Part shown: in pieces, positions 39,860-54,089 of the stretch
How the letters are laid out: the number at the start of each line of letters is the position of its first letter
Position numbering within the stretch: position 1 is the first letter of the stretch
From: Octopus sinensis
Lineage: Eukaryota
NCBI RefSeq assembly: GCF_006345805.1
Contig: NC_043004.1
Span: forward strand, 62,124,001 to 62,188,000
DNA length: 64,000 nucleotides
Direction of reading: 5' to 3'
The notes under the pieces: model-generated
The model's database searches: none
The model's input: the letters and a program-made list of their open reading frames with translations, nothing else
Told to the model about the DNA's origin: nothing
Translations under genes and position numbers: made by a program

Positions 39860-41100
39860 TAAATTATAACTCATTAATATCACCAATTTTCTTAAATAAA
39901 ACCTTTATCTTCACCCAAAAGTATGCTCCCATCTCCCGATCTGATAGCAATATCATCCTAACTACGAAGAAAACATTCATTCACTTTAAGGATAATAATT
40001 GGACCCGTACCTGATCTACAGATCACTTTGATATAACCGTAGGCGCATCATACTCATCCTACGTCACCGAACCTGTGGACCTATTTCTTATCTCCCAAAT
40101 TTAATATTACATCTCCAGTTTCTTAGACGTTACTCTCGACTTAAACCAAACCCCTTCCATAAATCAAACCAATCGTTACAATACATAACTGTCCTCTTAA
40201 ATCATAGCAAGCTTACCCTTAATAGCATAGTCACAAGTATATCTGTCAGGCTCTCCAACTTATCTTCTAACGAAGAAATTTTTAACACTAACCTCCTGTC
40301 CTATTAAAATTAAGTGCTTGAAATAAGCGGTTTCCGCGAAAAAGACAATTATTATATCTTCAACATTAAACCTAATGCTAAAATAGCACATCTCTTCCCC
40401 AGTAATAACCTTGAATCTAAGGGCACTATTTCCACTCTACACCAATCTAACAACTCCACAAAAAGACCCCTATACATAGCACTCGACCACACCATTGGTC
40501 ACACCGAGCCTATAACAACTAACCACCCTCCTAATCAGCTTACTACAAATTTAAACAATCTAAAGCCAGGAAGAGTGAAATGTTATAGTTTTACACCACC
40601 CTTCTTTTTGCAAGTTCAATTTCTATCTAAATTCTTCTTTAAAATTCTAAAATTTAATTTCCCACCACAGTATGAATACTATCCCAACTTTAACAAATCA
40701 TCTGTGAAAAATCTCCAACTCTACCCTACCAAATTTAGGATACATAATCGCTACCTCGAACAAGCGGAAACTCCAACACCAGTCCGCTAAAAACCTGAAC
40801 TCTCACACTACACACCAATTTAGCCCACATATAGATTTGAAGCGCTGCTACCGTGCACATGTGAAGTCTTTCATTAATCCAAACTATAAACTTCCTCGTT
40901 AGCAACGTACATACACAAATTCAAATCGCAAAACAATCCATACACCGTATACTGGTCCATAGTAAGTGAAGCTCCCCATAGAATGCAAATATCGGTAAGT
41001 TATGAATCAAAGAATGATAAAAAATTATCCTCCTTCATAACTGCTCGTTTCTCAAAAGATTTTCTGTTTTTATTTATTCTTATAAACACTGATACTACTC
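39860..41100 (+). pseudogene. Old, decayed PLE RT, same type as PLE-1
   Basis: Segments IILTTKKTFIHFKDNNW, FDITVGASYSSYVTEPVDLFL, FLDVTLDL, FHKSNQSLQYI...SISVRLSNLSSNEEIFN align to the PLE-1 protein. The xxDD region appears deleted. Confidence 0.75.
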
Positions 41101-42047
41101 AACTTTCACGCATTTCACTAAATCTATATAATCTTATAATAAGCTCCCCCCCCCCCAAAGTTTAATCTAAAATAGAAGCCAGTCTTGCAACCTACTACTT
41201 ATAAATACTAACTGCCCCATATGATTCCTTCCCATCCAGACCTCTAATATTTCTTCCAAATCAACCAATCCTCACTTTCTTCTTAGACTCTCCATCTTCC
41301 CAAACCTCAAACAACACTCAACAAAACCTTTGAAATCTAACCATTGTACCGCTACCCCTCCCTGCTCCACCTCTGCATTCAATTTCATGCTCCTGCCTTT
41401 ACCCCAACACCCCTACATTACCATTCCAATTCCTTTGTTCCAATAGCAACTACATTTTAGCCACCTCCTCACACCCATTTTAGCAACTGAACCAGTCCAG
41501 TCATTTTCCCCAATTAATAATAAGCGCTTTTCCCTATCTCAAACTTTAACGATATAGCCTTCATACAAACTGTCACAAAGCTCGTTATTCACATACTACC
41601 TAAAACAGCCTTTTCCATTCCTCCCGCATTACTACTATCACTTTCCATACTATGAACCCTAAAACTGAAATCTGCTTTCTCTACCTAATACTTTGTATGA
41701 AATCACCGCAAATCTCCTTCCTAACAGACTTAGTTTTCCACAAAATAATTTCCATATTTTAGTTCCATCCTATCAACATATTAAATGTAAATTTCTCGAG
41801 TGTAAAATTCTCCTATGAAGACAGAAGTGGAGTTACCCGATAATGGATCCAAGTAACTCGTTATTCCAGATCACCAAGCCTACAGGAACAGATGTTGATC
41901 TAAAACGATACCCATTTCAATCCTCATATCATTTATAAACGATTAGCTAAGTTGGTTGTCATTACATTTACTAATCTACCAACTCACGTTCAAATCTCTT
42001 GGGTACTTCGAGGTGTATTCAATATACAGAACACGTGTCTCGCATCG

Positions 42048-42078
<31 letters not shown>

Positions 42079-42232
42079 TATATGGGTGTGTGTGTGTGTG
42101 TTTGTATACATATATATACACATATATATATATTCATATATATATATATATGTGTGTGTGTGTACGGGCATTCGCCACGATAGATCGCTAGCAACTACAC
42201 GTTATTTTCTTTCTTTGCTTCTATCTGTGTTC

Positions 42233-42268
42233 CTTTCTTTGGAAGAGCGCAGGCTCGAAACGTTAAAG
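42233..42268 (+). ncRNA. Degenerate minimal hammerhead-like motif in a PLE-end-like repeat
   Basis: cttt CTTTGGA a gagc-gcag-gctc GAAA cg TT aaag; non-canonical core. The surrounding repeat is homologous to 63190-63290 (minus). Confidence 0.4.
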
Positions 42269-43248
42269 ACATTTTCACTTCCCGAGCGTTATACTTATAC
42301 ATCTGTTTGTTGTCTAGACCACATGTTTTCGTCTTTTTTTTTCTTGAATTCCCCCTACACACATACGCACACACACACACATACCCACCCATATATATAT
42401 ATATATACATACATATACATACACATATATATAGCCATATACATATGGGTATTTATTTATGTATATATATATATATATATATACATATATGTGTATTTAT
42501 ATATGTATATATACATCCATATATGTGTATATATGTATTTATATATATATTGAAATTATAAATATATACATGCACACACATACACACACTCACATACATC
42601 ACCACATCCATACATACTTATAGTTACGGCATATTTTGTTAAGTACGTTGTAGAATAGAGCATAAAGCTCGTCCACCTTCAGGTTTACCCTGTCTTATCC
42701 AGTAGTAATATTATATATATACTAGGATTGCGTTTGTGCATCTGTCGTTTGTGAATAGATACTTGATAAAATTGGAGTCAACGATAAGGCTTACGGAAAG
42801 CATTTGTTTCTTAAACATTAAAAATGTTTTCACGCAACCTAGTTCTCCAGTGGTGCAGTTACTTCCTTATGCAACTGTTTCCATGCGTTATGGGATCTAG
42901 CTGTGTTCCTCCAGCTATATGTAAATACAGTTTCCGTAAGTTTAATATATTCGGCTTCAAGAACATCATTTCTATCTCTCGTGGTCTGAATCTAGTAGTA
43001 GTCACCGAGATTAACAGTAAGTGTTTTAGCTGAAGGGCCTGTTTTGAAAGTGTAGCTGTAACAGGATGGTGATTCTGCTACTGTTAAAGTGCTTGCCGTT
43101 TTAAAGGAATTGACATTTTATTTTATAGTACTGCTGATTTGCTCTTCATGGTTGGTTACAAACGCGATTGTCTTTAGCTGACTTTAAGTTTCAACTGTTG
43201 GCCATATACACACAGACTCACGCACACACGCACATACACACACACAAC

Positions 43249-43285
<37 letters not shown>

Positions 43286-43918
43286 TATATATATTATATA
43301 TATATATAATGGTGGTTGACCACTCCTTATAGAGAGTTTCACCGCTCTTGTACTTACACCTCATCAACATTAAACCAGGCAATGTTCTAAAAAGACACGC
43401 GCATAGATTGCACCTCTGATTTGTACCACTAAGACCTGCAGATAAATTCTGCTCTTTGTGGATCATAACATGTCTTTTGAGGCCTCCGTTGAATTTGCAA
43501 CCCTTCTGGCGTACACTGCATTCAAATGTGTGCACAGTCATATAGGCAGAATATTTGGTGGAGGTTCGTTTTCAAATAATGTGGCATTGCTTGAACTGGA
43601 CACCCGGTTGCAAGGTATAGGAGGTCAAGGCAATTCCAGATTTGGTTATTACATAACTGGCTTCACAATCTGGGTATTCATAACTTATTAGGAATTCCTA
43701 AAAGCAAGATCATGTGTAAAACTGTTTTAAGGGCTACATACTTTGTATTGTTGTTACTGGTTTAGCAATACAATTATGAGAACGGAAGCAAGGGATAAGC
43801 TTCCCTTTTCCAAGAGTTACCGTGTACGTCAGCTAGTATATATATATATATATATATATATATAATCTATATATATATATATTATATATATATGTATTAT
43901 ATATATATATATATATAC

Positions 43919-43985
<67 letters not shown>

Positions 43986-44143
43986 TATACAAATGTATGT
44001 TAATAGTTAAATCGATATATCTTTTTTTATATACAAATATATAAATATATACAAATAGAGAGGTCATTTATTCTCTCCAAATTTTGTAAAGTCTTAAGGA
44101 TATCTCCTTCTGTATATATACACATATATATATATTTACATAG

Positions 44144-44175
<32 letters not shown>

Positions 44176-44407
44176 TATATATATATATATTATATATATA
44201 TATATATTATATATATGTCCTATCACACAACATGATTTTTATTGAACTAAAATACTTATTGTATTCACTTTCTTGAATGTTTTCATGCACACTGTTTTTA
44301 AATTTTCGTTGTCATAGTCAAAGACTGTATAACCGTATTATAATACGTTGGGATAACCATTTTTAACAAAACAAAGCTTATACAAAGCTTTACATTTTAC
44401 TATATAA

Positions 44408-44446
<39 letters not shown>

Positions 44447-45224
44447 TATATGTATGTGTATAGTATAATATGTACGTATAAATATATATATATATATATA
44501 TTATATATATTATATATATGTATTTATGTATGTCTTATATATGTATATATATATATACATAGAACAGCCCCCCCCCACATATATATAAGTTGTATGTGTG
44601 TGTGTATATATATAGGAATTACTGTCTCTGACACACACCACCGCGAACTAGCTTCTAATTCTCCTGTAAATTACAAAGCGGAACCATGGTTCTATTAGAA
44701 ACAAAAGCTTTTCGTTTTTACTAGCTGTGTAGCTTACGAATCCGAATGAAAATATGTGTGTGACAGTTTCCTTTCTGGGATTACGTTAATCCACGTGAAA
44801 TTTTTCTTCTTCATGTATGTTTATTCATGCTTGCATTCAACTTATTAAAGAAAACATTCCAACATTTATATAAATCTATTTCTTTAAATATTTTCACCAT
44901 TACATAAGTGTCCATGTGAATGAATATATATATATGATTTTGCAGGTATACATGATTTTTACGTTTCTATGAGTTATTAATGTGTTGCATTTCAATTTTT
45001 ACATTTCTATTTATTATATGATTTCAGTTTTTCCACAGGTATATATTTCTCTGCATCTTAGTTCATATTTTACATATTTTCTATACACATGAAAGCGATA
45101 TAATTGTCGTAGGAAAGAAACTATAACATTTAAGTATGCTGTTCTTCGTATACAGATACACAGTCATGCATAGATGCTTACGTGTAAATTTAAGTTCACA
45201 TGTATTTTCTTATAAATAAGCGTT

Positions 45225-45307
<83 letters not shown>

Positions 45308-45422
45308 ACATGTATATCCATGATATATACATACATACATACATACATACATATATGATTGATTTTGATTTTGATTTTTCCAGTTTCAGCTAATGAGCTG
45401 TGGCCATTATGAATATATATGA

Positions 45423-45456
<34 letters not shown>

Positions 45457-45465
45457 TATATTTTT

Positions 45466-45666
45466 TTTTACTTGTTTCAGTCATTTTGACTGCGGTCATG
45501 CTAGAGCACCGTCTTTAATCGAGCAAATCGACCCCGGGACTTATTCTTTGTAAGCCCAGTACTTATTCTATCGGTCTCTTTTGCCGAACCGCTATGTGAC
45601 GGGGACATAAACACACCAGCATTGGTTGTCAAACAATGCTAGGGGGACAAACACACACACAAACAC

Positions 45667-45711
<45 letters not shown>

Positions 45712-45874
45712 CGAGGGGCTTCTTTCAGTTTCCGCCTACCAAATCCACTCACAAGGCTTTGGTCGGCCCGAGGCTATAGTAGAAGACACTTGCCCAAGGT
45801 GCCACGCAGTGGGACTGAACCCGGAACCATGTGGTTGGTAAACAAGCTACTTACCACACAGCTACTCCTGCGTC
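45466..45874 (-). mobile_element. Octopus-type tRNA-derived SINE, full length
   Basis: Collinear with 23454-23860 plus 25845-25866; uninterrupted at the site where the other copy carries the Tx1-like insertion. Confidence 0.9.
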
Positions 45875-46595
45875 GATATATATACACAAAACCAAGGAAC
45901 TGGACATGTTTCTTAAACAACGAAAAAATAGAGTACAGGACAAATAACACAAGGAAAAAATTCCCCTTCTTCAAACGCCATGGTTTCATCTACTCTACGT
46001 TTCGAAGGTGAAGGCGATACGCATTTTCGATAGAAACTTTCCTTCCCGCGAAATGTAAATTAAATAAGATTTTAGATCTTTTTGCGGAGGGGTAAAAATG
46101 GTATCAAAAACAGGTCAGTAACGACAGTACAAAATATAAACAGTAAAAGCCAGGACAAGGAGAAAAACAAAACAAGAAGGGCTGTTAAGCCGAACGAGAT
46201 AAAGTGTTACGAACGCTATTTTTGAGTATGGCGAAGGAGCAAAAGAAAATGCCGTTTACACTTCAAGGAAGCCGGTTCAGAAAGACAGTAGCAGATTTCT
46301 TGTCGCGGGTCAACGACGGGAGGGAGGAGGAGGAGCAAGAGAAAGGGAAACAGAAAAAAGGGAATGGTTGTGAGGAAACCAGAAAGAATGAAGAATGAGA
46401 GAGAGAGAGGGAGAGACAGTAAGGTAGAAGAAAAGGGAACCAGAAAGAATGAAGGCTGAGAAAGAGAGGGGACAGAAAGGTTAAGAGTGCGCATCGTTAT
46501 AAATATCAAGAACAATCTTACTTAGAAATGGATGTATGTGTGTGTGTGTGTGTGTGTTATTGAAAAGAGGTTCCGTTAACGCAGCCATATCTCCT

Positions 46596-47676
46596 TATAC
46601 ATTCTTTGGAGACAAGAGCATGTTAAGAACATAAAAAAGTTTAACAAGTTCATTGAAATATTGGGCACAAAAGATTACAACAAATATATTATACATTCTC
46701 AGGATAATTTCCAGAAGGAATTATTAAAAAGTTCAGTGGAATATTGGTATACACGCACAGAATATTATGAGTTCAAAAGGGTTTACATTATAATAGTAGG
46801 GAAGACAATCACACACACGGTTGACAAACGGGCACACATATACACACACCATCCTACCAGATTTTACAAACACACAGACACATCTATTCACACCACATAT
46901 GTATATACACACACAAAGACACACACTCAAACCATCCGGACCTCTAAAGCCAATCCGCCAAATCATTGATGCTTGAAGGAGAGACAAAAGGAGAAATTCC
47001 TTTCAGTTCCACATTACTCCTCCTTCCCCCCACCCAAACACACCTACAGTGTCCCTTGGAATAGATAATATTCTTTTATGTTAACATGGTGGACAGGTCA
47101 GTTTTAGCTTCCCTACTATTATAATGTAAACCCTTTTGAACTCATAATATTCTGTGCGTGTATACCAATATTCCACTGAACTTTTTAATAATTCCTTCTG
47201 GAAATTATCCTGAGAATGTATAATATATTTGTTGTAATCTTTTGTGCCCAATATTTCAATGAACTTGCTAAACTTTTTTATGTTCTTAACATGCTCTTGT
47301 CACGAAAGAATGTATATATATGTATTGTAGTACTGTGTGTCAACCAATATTCTGTGCGTGTTTGAATATACAGATACAATACCAATATCCCACTGAACTT
47401 TTTAATAATTCCTTCTGGAAACTATCTTTAACATGTTCTTGAGAATGATTATTTATGCTGTAATCTGTTGTGCTCAATATCTTCAGGAACTTGTAAAACT
47501 TTATGTCCTTAACATGTCCTTGTTACCAAAGACTGTATGTTGTAATGTAGCATTTTGTAACAACCAATAATTAACGCAACCATATCTACATGTTACTTTT
47601 GACAATCTTTTTCCAAAGAGTGAAACTGGTAAAGTAAATAAATATATTTTAAAATTGCATTTTCAAACCTTCTTTC

Positions 47677-47690
<14 letters not shown>
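46596..47690 (+). mobile_element. Non-coding PLE remnant (PLE-2-related) with 5' inversion: arms 46596-46804 / 47108-47316, ending in an HHR candidate
   Basis: ~209-bp near-perfect inverted arms. Shares attgatgcttgaagg, caaccaataattaacgcaacc and the ttacttttgacaatc...aattgcattttcaaacc end with PLE-2. Confidence 0.75.
47593..47637 (+). ncRNA. Candidate minimal hammerhead, U3-A8 variant (diverged family member)
   Basis: ttactt TTGACAA t-ctttt-tcca-aagag-t GAAA ctgg TA aagtaa. Confidence 0.6.
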
Positions 47691-47741
<51 letters not shown>

Positions 47742-47744
47742 ATA

Positions 47745-47965
47745 TAAATTAGAGACAAAACCACTATTATGCAAATCAAACAAAGAAAGACTTAAGCCAA
47801 TACATAAATTAATTTATATAAATTTAGAAATTTAACAATTATAAATAACCACTACGATCGTTTCATGTCTTATTTCAGCACATCTTTGAGACATAAAATT
47901 GGATTCAATCCTAAATCTGATTTTTCCCTGTAAATTTGGATTATTTCCTAATATTTATTATACAT
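47745..47965. repeat. Short TA-embedded element related to 62283-62530; contains the 3' half of a hammerhead on minus
   Basis: Shares gagacaaaaccactatt...aagacttaa..caatacataa and taaaattggatt.aatcctaaatctgattttttccctgtaaatttgga with the 62.3 kb element. Minus strand reads atgtct...agacat GAAA cgatcg TA. Confidence 0.7.
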
Positions 47966-48009
47966 ATATATATATATATATTATATATATATATATATAT
48001 TCTATATAT

Positions 48010-48049
<40 letters not shown>

Positions 48050-48244
48050 ATATAGACGTACATACACACACACGCATATTTATATATATATACAAATTCT
48101 TTCGTAATTCGATAAAAAACCAAGGCTGTATAGATTTTAGAACAATTATAAATTTAGAACATTTAGAACATTTATTAATAGAAGGAGTTCCTACCTCAGA
48201 TTCGCATGTTTATTGCAGCACTCTTTAAGAATTTCTTACCTCCT

Positions 48245-49450
48245 GTTTCTTGCATTCAGCTCTGTCTTGAGTATTGCCCTTTCCCTAGGATAACATTCTC
48301 TTCTGATCCTTTCCCTCATCACTGAATGTTTGATTGCTTTATTTTCAAATACCCCAAGGTATTTGTATCTCTACGCTGGTTGTAACTCCTTTATGACTTT
48401 CCGCCAGTCAAGATTAACATTGGATGTTTCTGTCATTTTCCTTTGATAATTGCATCTTTAACACCTTTATCGAGGCAAAAATGCATCCTGTTGTCTCCAC
48501 TGAATTGTTTAACAATTGCTGTTAAGCCCTGTAGTTGTTGGTCATATTTTCAAAGATTTTTATATCATCCCTGTAAATGAGATGAAGTATATTTTTATCA
48601 AACATTTTAAACCGTATTGTACATAATCGAGTGAGGTATTAAGGCTAGACAAAAATGGATTGTCGATAGAGATTCACCCTGGAAAGTGTCACATTAAATA
48701 CTTACATCTCCAGCATTAAGGGATTCATTCTCTCTGTTCAGGGTAGATGTAATTTTATAACTTTCCAGGCATTTATTAATCTAACTATGTGGTAAAATAT
48801 GATATGCTTGTTTTATAGTACTCCATGCCATCGACAAGTTTTTGTGTCGTTTGTGACAATCTTGCAAGATCATCTTATTAATAAGTAGTTGATCCTTACA
48901 ACCATAGGCCCACGCTTACATCTCTTTTGCTCATTTTATACATTGTCGTTAGGTAAGTAATGGGTTTATAATTTTTTGATTCATTTGTTTCTTCATTTAT
49001 TGGAAGTAAATATGTTACACTATTAACTAGGCATGAGGGAATCATATTAGACTTTTGCAAAACATTGCTGTACAGTTTTGTTAGCAGATCATGGCTCTCT
49101 GTGAAGGCATTTTTGCTTGACTTCTATTCTAAAATTCCTGCATTTCTTGTTTTGATGGGGCAGATTTTACTGTTCTTGGTATTTTCCCTATCTGCCTCTA
49201 AATGTTTGGATTATTATTGAACATACTGTTGCCCTTCAAGAATCGAACACGCTTGTCATACCTTGCTATGCGGGCAGTTGTAGCACATACCTTTTCCTTG
49301 ATACTTTCTATGGTGATATCTATGTCAAATATAGTTTTCATATATTTTGTCCTTTAATTTTCGGATTCTCGTAGGTTTGATAGTCTTGTCAAAGTTAAAG
49401 TCTTTTTAAGCATTCTATGTCAAACCTAAATAGCTGTATTTGGTGTTGAG
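48245..49450 (-). pseudogene. R4/Dong-like non-LTR retrotransposon RT, decayed
   Basis: [14 protein letters not shown]...KNLSMAW, FQGESLS..HFCLALIP, LHLIYRDDIKIF, YKYLGV...IKHSVMRERI...ILKTELNARN. Confidence 0.82.
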
Positions 49451-49463
49451 ATTATTACTATTA

Positions 49464-50271
49464 TCTCTCTATATATGAAACTGAGAATGTGTGTCTGTCT
49501 GTCTGTGTGTTTCCCTAAAAGTTGAGAACTACACAACTAATTTCATTCAAATTTTACACATGGCTTACTTAGTGTCCGGGGAGTGTTGTTGGCAAAAAAC
49601 ATTTAACTTTTTGCCTAGGGTGAGCCTACAGCAATATCATATCTTCTCCAGTACGATTCCCAAAAACTTGAGAACTACACAACCAATTTCATTCAAATTT
49701 TACACCTGACTTACTTAGGGTTCATGTAGTTTCATGGGCAAAACAATGTTCAACTTCTTGCCTAAGGCGAGCCCATAGCAATATCATATCTTCTCCACTA
49801 TTTCAGTATTACGTGTTAAAAGTGAAACAAAAACATATCTCTATTATATGTCAGATACTTTCACTTTAAAAATAAAAATTAGAGATATTAATAACAATTG
49901 AAGCATATGTAGTAAGTAATAATTAAAATCAAACTAAAGTATAATTTAATCGTAACATAACATAAGTAAAAATAGCAATTAGTATTAAATTGCATCAATG
50001 ACTTGAACTTGAATAAGTGGTTTCACATGAATGGGAATAAATTAAAAATAAAATTAGCGTGCAGAAATGGAATAGTCCTACAATTCCAGTCAGTTATATA
50101 TTTTCAGTATTGTTATCACTAGCGATATCAACATATAACTTTGTATTTTGTGTTTTATGTGTATATGTATATATATATATATGTAGATGTACATGTAATA
50201 TGTACACATATATATACACATACATACATGCACTAGCACTATGACCCGGCAAAGACGGGTCATAATGCTAG
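49464..50271 (+). mobile_element. Non-autonomous Helitron with an internal ~147-bp tandem duplication
   Basis: A|TCtctctatatatgaaactgagaatgtgtg... 3' hairpin atgacccg-gcaaaga-cgggtcat, then aatg CTAG|T. The segment ttgagaactacacaac...gcaatatcatatcttctcca occurs twice. Confidence 0.82.
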
Positions 50272-50345
50272 TTATTGTTATAATAATAATAATAATGATA
50301 ATGATGATGATGGTGATAATGATGATGATGATCATCATCATAATG

Positions 50346-50399
<54 letters not shown>

Positions 50400-50402
<3 letters not shown>

Positions 50403-50822
50403 TGTCAGTTGTTTGACCTTAACCAGTTGAGCATGTCCCTTAGTGGCTGACAATACGTGCATCTCTGATCACGAGCAGAAGTAGTGGGGGAGCATCTTGG
50501 CCATGTGTTGAGAGGGATTCTTTGGAGTTTGAATGGTTCACCTCTGGAAACATAGGTGTTTCGTTCAACATCCTAAGGCAACCCTTATTCAAGGACCTTT
50601 TGAGCAGGATGGGCTACTCAACCTGAAGAAAATTCTAACTGGGCCCCACCTGCAATGTCATGTGCTGTTTATCTTGATATGAGATCACCATGTCGCGCAC
50701 ATATGGTTGTGATGCATGTGCCTGGTGTACCTTTATCAGACGGTAGTCATGATGGGTATATTGGGCTTCGTATATTTTACCCCAGTGTCACTTTGATGGC
50801 ATGAACTGCTCTCTCACTCAAT
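50400..50822 (+). mobile_element. Retroelement 3' end or non-autonomous repeat embedded in (TAA)n
   Basis: ~420 bp of complex sequence ending ctctctcactc(aat)n, with (TAA)n on both sides. Family assignment is inference. Confidence 0.55.
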
Positions 50823-51012
50823 AATAATAATAATAATAATAATAATATAGCATTATTTTAATAAATTAAAACGTGTCAATTTTTTCTTCATACATATTTG
50901 TAGGTTTTTCTCCGCTACACTGGTTATAAAACAGCCAAAATGATGAACATTTGATTGTTTACACACACACACACAAACACACAGACACACAAGCACACAC
51001 ACACACACACAC

Positions 51013-51087
<75 letters not shown>

Positions 51088-51090
51088 GTA

Positions 51091-51174
51091 ATATGTGACA
51101 ATTATTCGGTAGCCATGATAAATCTCTCGCCCCCATTTCTTCAGTTATCCGGCCATCGAATAATTGTCACATAT
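51091..51174. repeat. Small hairpin, 24-bp arms
   Basis: atatgtgacaattattcggtagcc / ggccatcgaataattgtcacatat. Confidence 0.75.
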
Positions 51175-51232
51175 ATTTACAGATAAATTCCTCTATTAAC
51201 ATAATATCAGGGCCTCTTTCATTCTTTCGTTG

Positions 51233-51296
<64 letters not shown>

Positions 51297-52078
51297 CCTC
51301 TTTCATGATATGCTGAAAACGACGCTAGTTCCACATGCCGAGTATGCGATTGAGATAACCGGAAGTATCCATAAACAAAGGATACGATTTCATTGATGTA
51401 TTAAACGTCATGCACTTACAACGTGACACTTTTGCACATAAACCTTTACATATCCGTAATATTAATGTATACAAAAAAATATATATATATTTATATACAT
51501 AAGGAATTAAATAACTGTTCATGGACGCACGCAAGCACACACACAAAGGCACAGCAAAAGATTTAGATTTACATATATGTATATCCTGTAATATATATAT
51601 AATATTTCTTTAATACAAATACTTCGATATCGGAAATATTTCCATATTAAGTGCAGACAAGCTAAATTTAACTGTAAAATTAGTAAAAGAATAGATAAAA
51701 TATATAACAGGGCGGCAGGAATATTGATTAAAACAACTTCAATATTTTCCTGATGGTAGTGGAATATAAATATGCGTATATAAATCGATAACAATTTTAA
51801 TAACAGGAAGTAAATATAATTTTAACTCAGATTCATGAAAATAAGACACAAAGTAAAGACGTGTTTGTACGAAGGTAATAGCTTTCTATTGAAACTTGTG
51901 GATTGGACAGTTAGACAGAGGCACAAACAGACGAACACTGAATAATTTGCTCACAAAAACACATACTAATGCATACCCATATATATATACTCATATATAT
52001 ACATACATATGTGTGTGTATGTATAAATATATATATGTATATATATACATATACATACATACATACATATATATATAT

Positions 52079-52145
<67 letters not shown>

Positions 52146-53493
52146 CATACATACATACATATATATTTACATACATACATGCATACATACAGAATTACCG
52201 TACAGGGACACTTGTTGATGGGCAAATGCTTGGTGGTTTTTGGTCCGCCTTTATGTTATGTCTCAAGATTCGTCTAAGGTTGACTGCCTGTCATCCTCCG
52301 AAAATACTGGTTAAATTTGAAACCATTATTTTGACAAAATTATTACTTAGAGCTGAAGAAATCATTCAAATTTTAATATTTTATTTGGAAATATTTATAT
52401 GATCAGCACTGATTCACGTTGAACATATTTTTATTTTTTTCTAATCTGTACGTTACGTTATGCCAATGTAGGAGACATCAAACTAGGCAAATTTCCTACA
52501 GCCGTTGAATCACAGACGCATTAAAGCTGTAGAAACTAATATAACAGTAGCAGTTTGAACCGACGTAAACTCGTTAAGCTTCAAGTGCTTACATTTTGGT
52601 GGATGTTGTATGGCTTTTCGTGATATTTCTTTGTTCATTAAGTCTAACTAGGCTTAGAAATGTGAGTATGCTCTCCTTTCACAAAACTGCGAGAGAATTT
52701 TTTTCTTAATGACTTTGATATTAACCTGATTTTCTAAATGCATTTTTAAAATAGTCATTCTCCTGTATACATTCGCTCTGGTCTTTCAATTCCGGAATCT
52801 GTTTGAAAGTATTATTTTGCAGATGAGAGATTAACAGTTTTTATTTCTAACATGGAAGTAATAATATATTTTATACAAAACAAAACAGTACTCATTCTGT
52901 CAGTGTCATTTACCAAATAACACTCGGATGTTGTTGTGTTTCGGGAATGCAAACACAACAACATCAGTTGTCAAGCAATAGTGGTAGTACAAACACAACA
53001 TACGCACACACATATACATATATGCAGCAGTCTTCTTTCAGTTTCCGAGTACGAAATCCACTCAAAATATTTTGGTTGGCCTAAGGCTATAAGAAGCATA
53101 TATATATATATACATATGCACGGATAGAGAAGTAGAGAGAGAGAGAAGTGCCATGATCAATGTAATGTTTATTTCTCTTCATTGTTTACAATACATCTAA
53201 TATAAATATTTAGAAATAATAAATTTCGTACTTGTTTTTTATTCTGCTTTGGCAAATACATTTTAAAAAACCATTTCTTTCAATGTCTTTCGCACAAAGT
53301 GCATTCTTTTTTACATTTATTCAATATGGTATTACTAATATATTATACGAAATTTTACGCTAAATATAGTTCCATTAGGGGTTAGAATGACATTTGCGAA
53401 AAGCTATTTTCTGTAAAATCTGAAAAATATTTAACCTTTCTTAACATATTTTTTGTAGGTATACGCACGGAAAAATACACAAGCAAGCGCACA

Positions 53494-53582
<89 letters not shown>

Positions 53583-53989
53583 ACACACACATACACACAC
53601 ACACAAACACACACACACACACTAACACATGCACACAAACAAACACATACGTACATATATTTGCTGCAATATTAAATAAAATAATTCATTGACGACTTTC
53701 CACCGATATGAACGGACACCATTGATATTGCAAAACAAGTGAAGCAGATAATGCTTATTAAAATATCCAGGCTTAGTTTATGAACAAAAACAGAATAAAT
53801 GACAAATCTGCACTTGTTTCATTTCTGCATGAAATGACATTTTATTATAGTAAATACGTTTAGCCAATTGAAATATACTTATGCAAACATCATCGACTGA
53901 TATTTAAGACTTACATGCATATATTGTGTTTATACATTTGTGTGAGTGTTTGTGTTTCTGTATAGTCATGAGTGTAATGAGTGTATGCA

Positions 53990-54089
<100 letters not shown>

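Noticed and set aside
43218-43541. C2H2 zinc-finger gene (FECSVRQKGCKFNGGLKRHVMIH)
   Set aside because: One imperfect finger plus a broken second, with no TGEKP linkers and no exon context. More likely a decayed retroelement C-terminus.
45985-46045. Hammerhead at minus-strand ...ttcGAAAcgTA (repeat related to 29590-29720)
   Set aside because: No acceptable core or stem I; at best a fully decayed relic.
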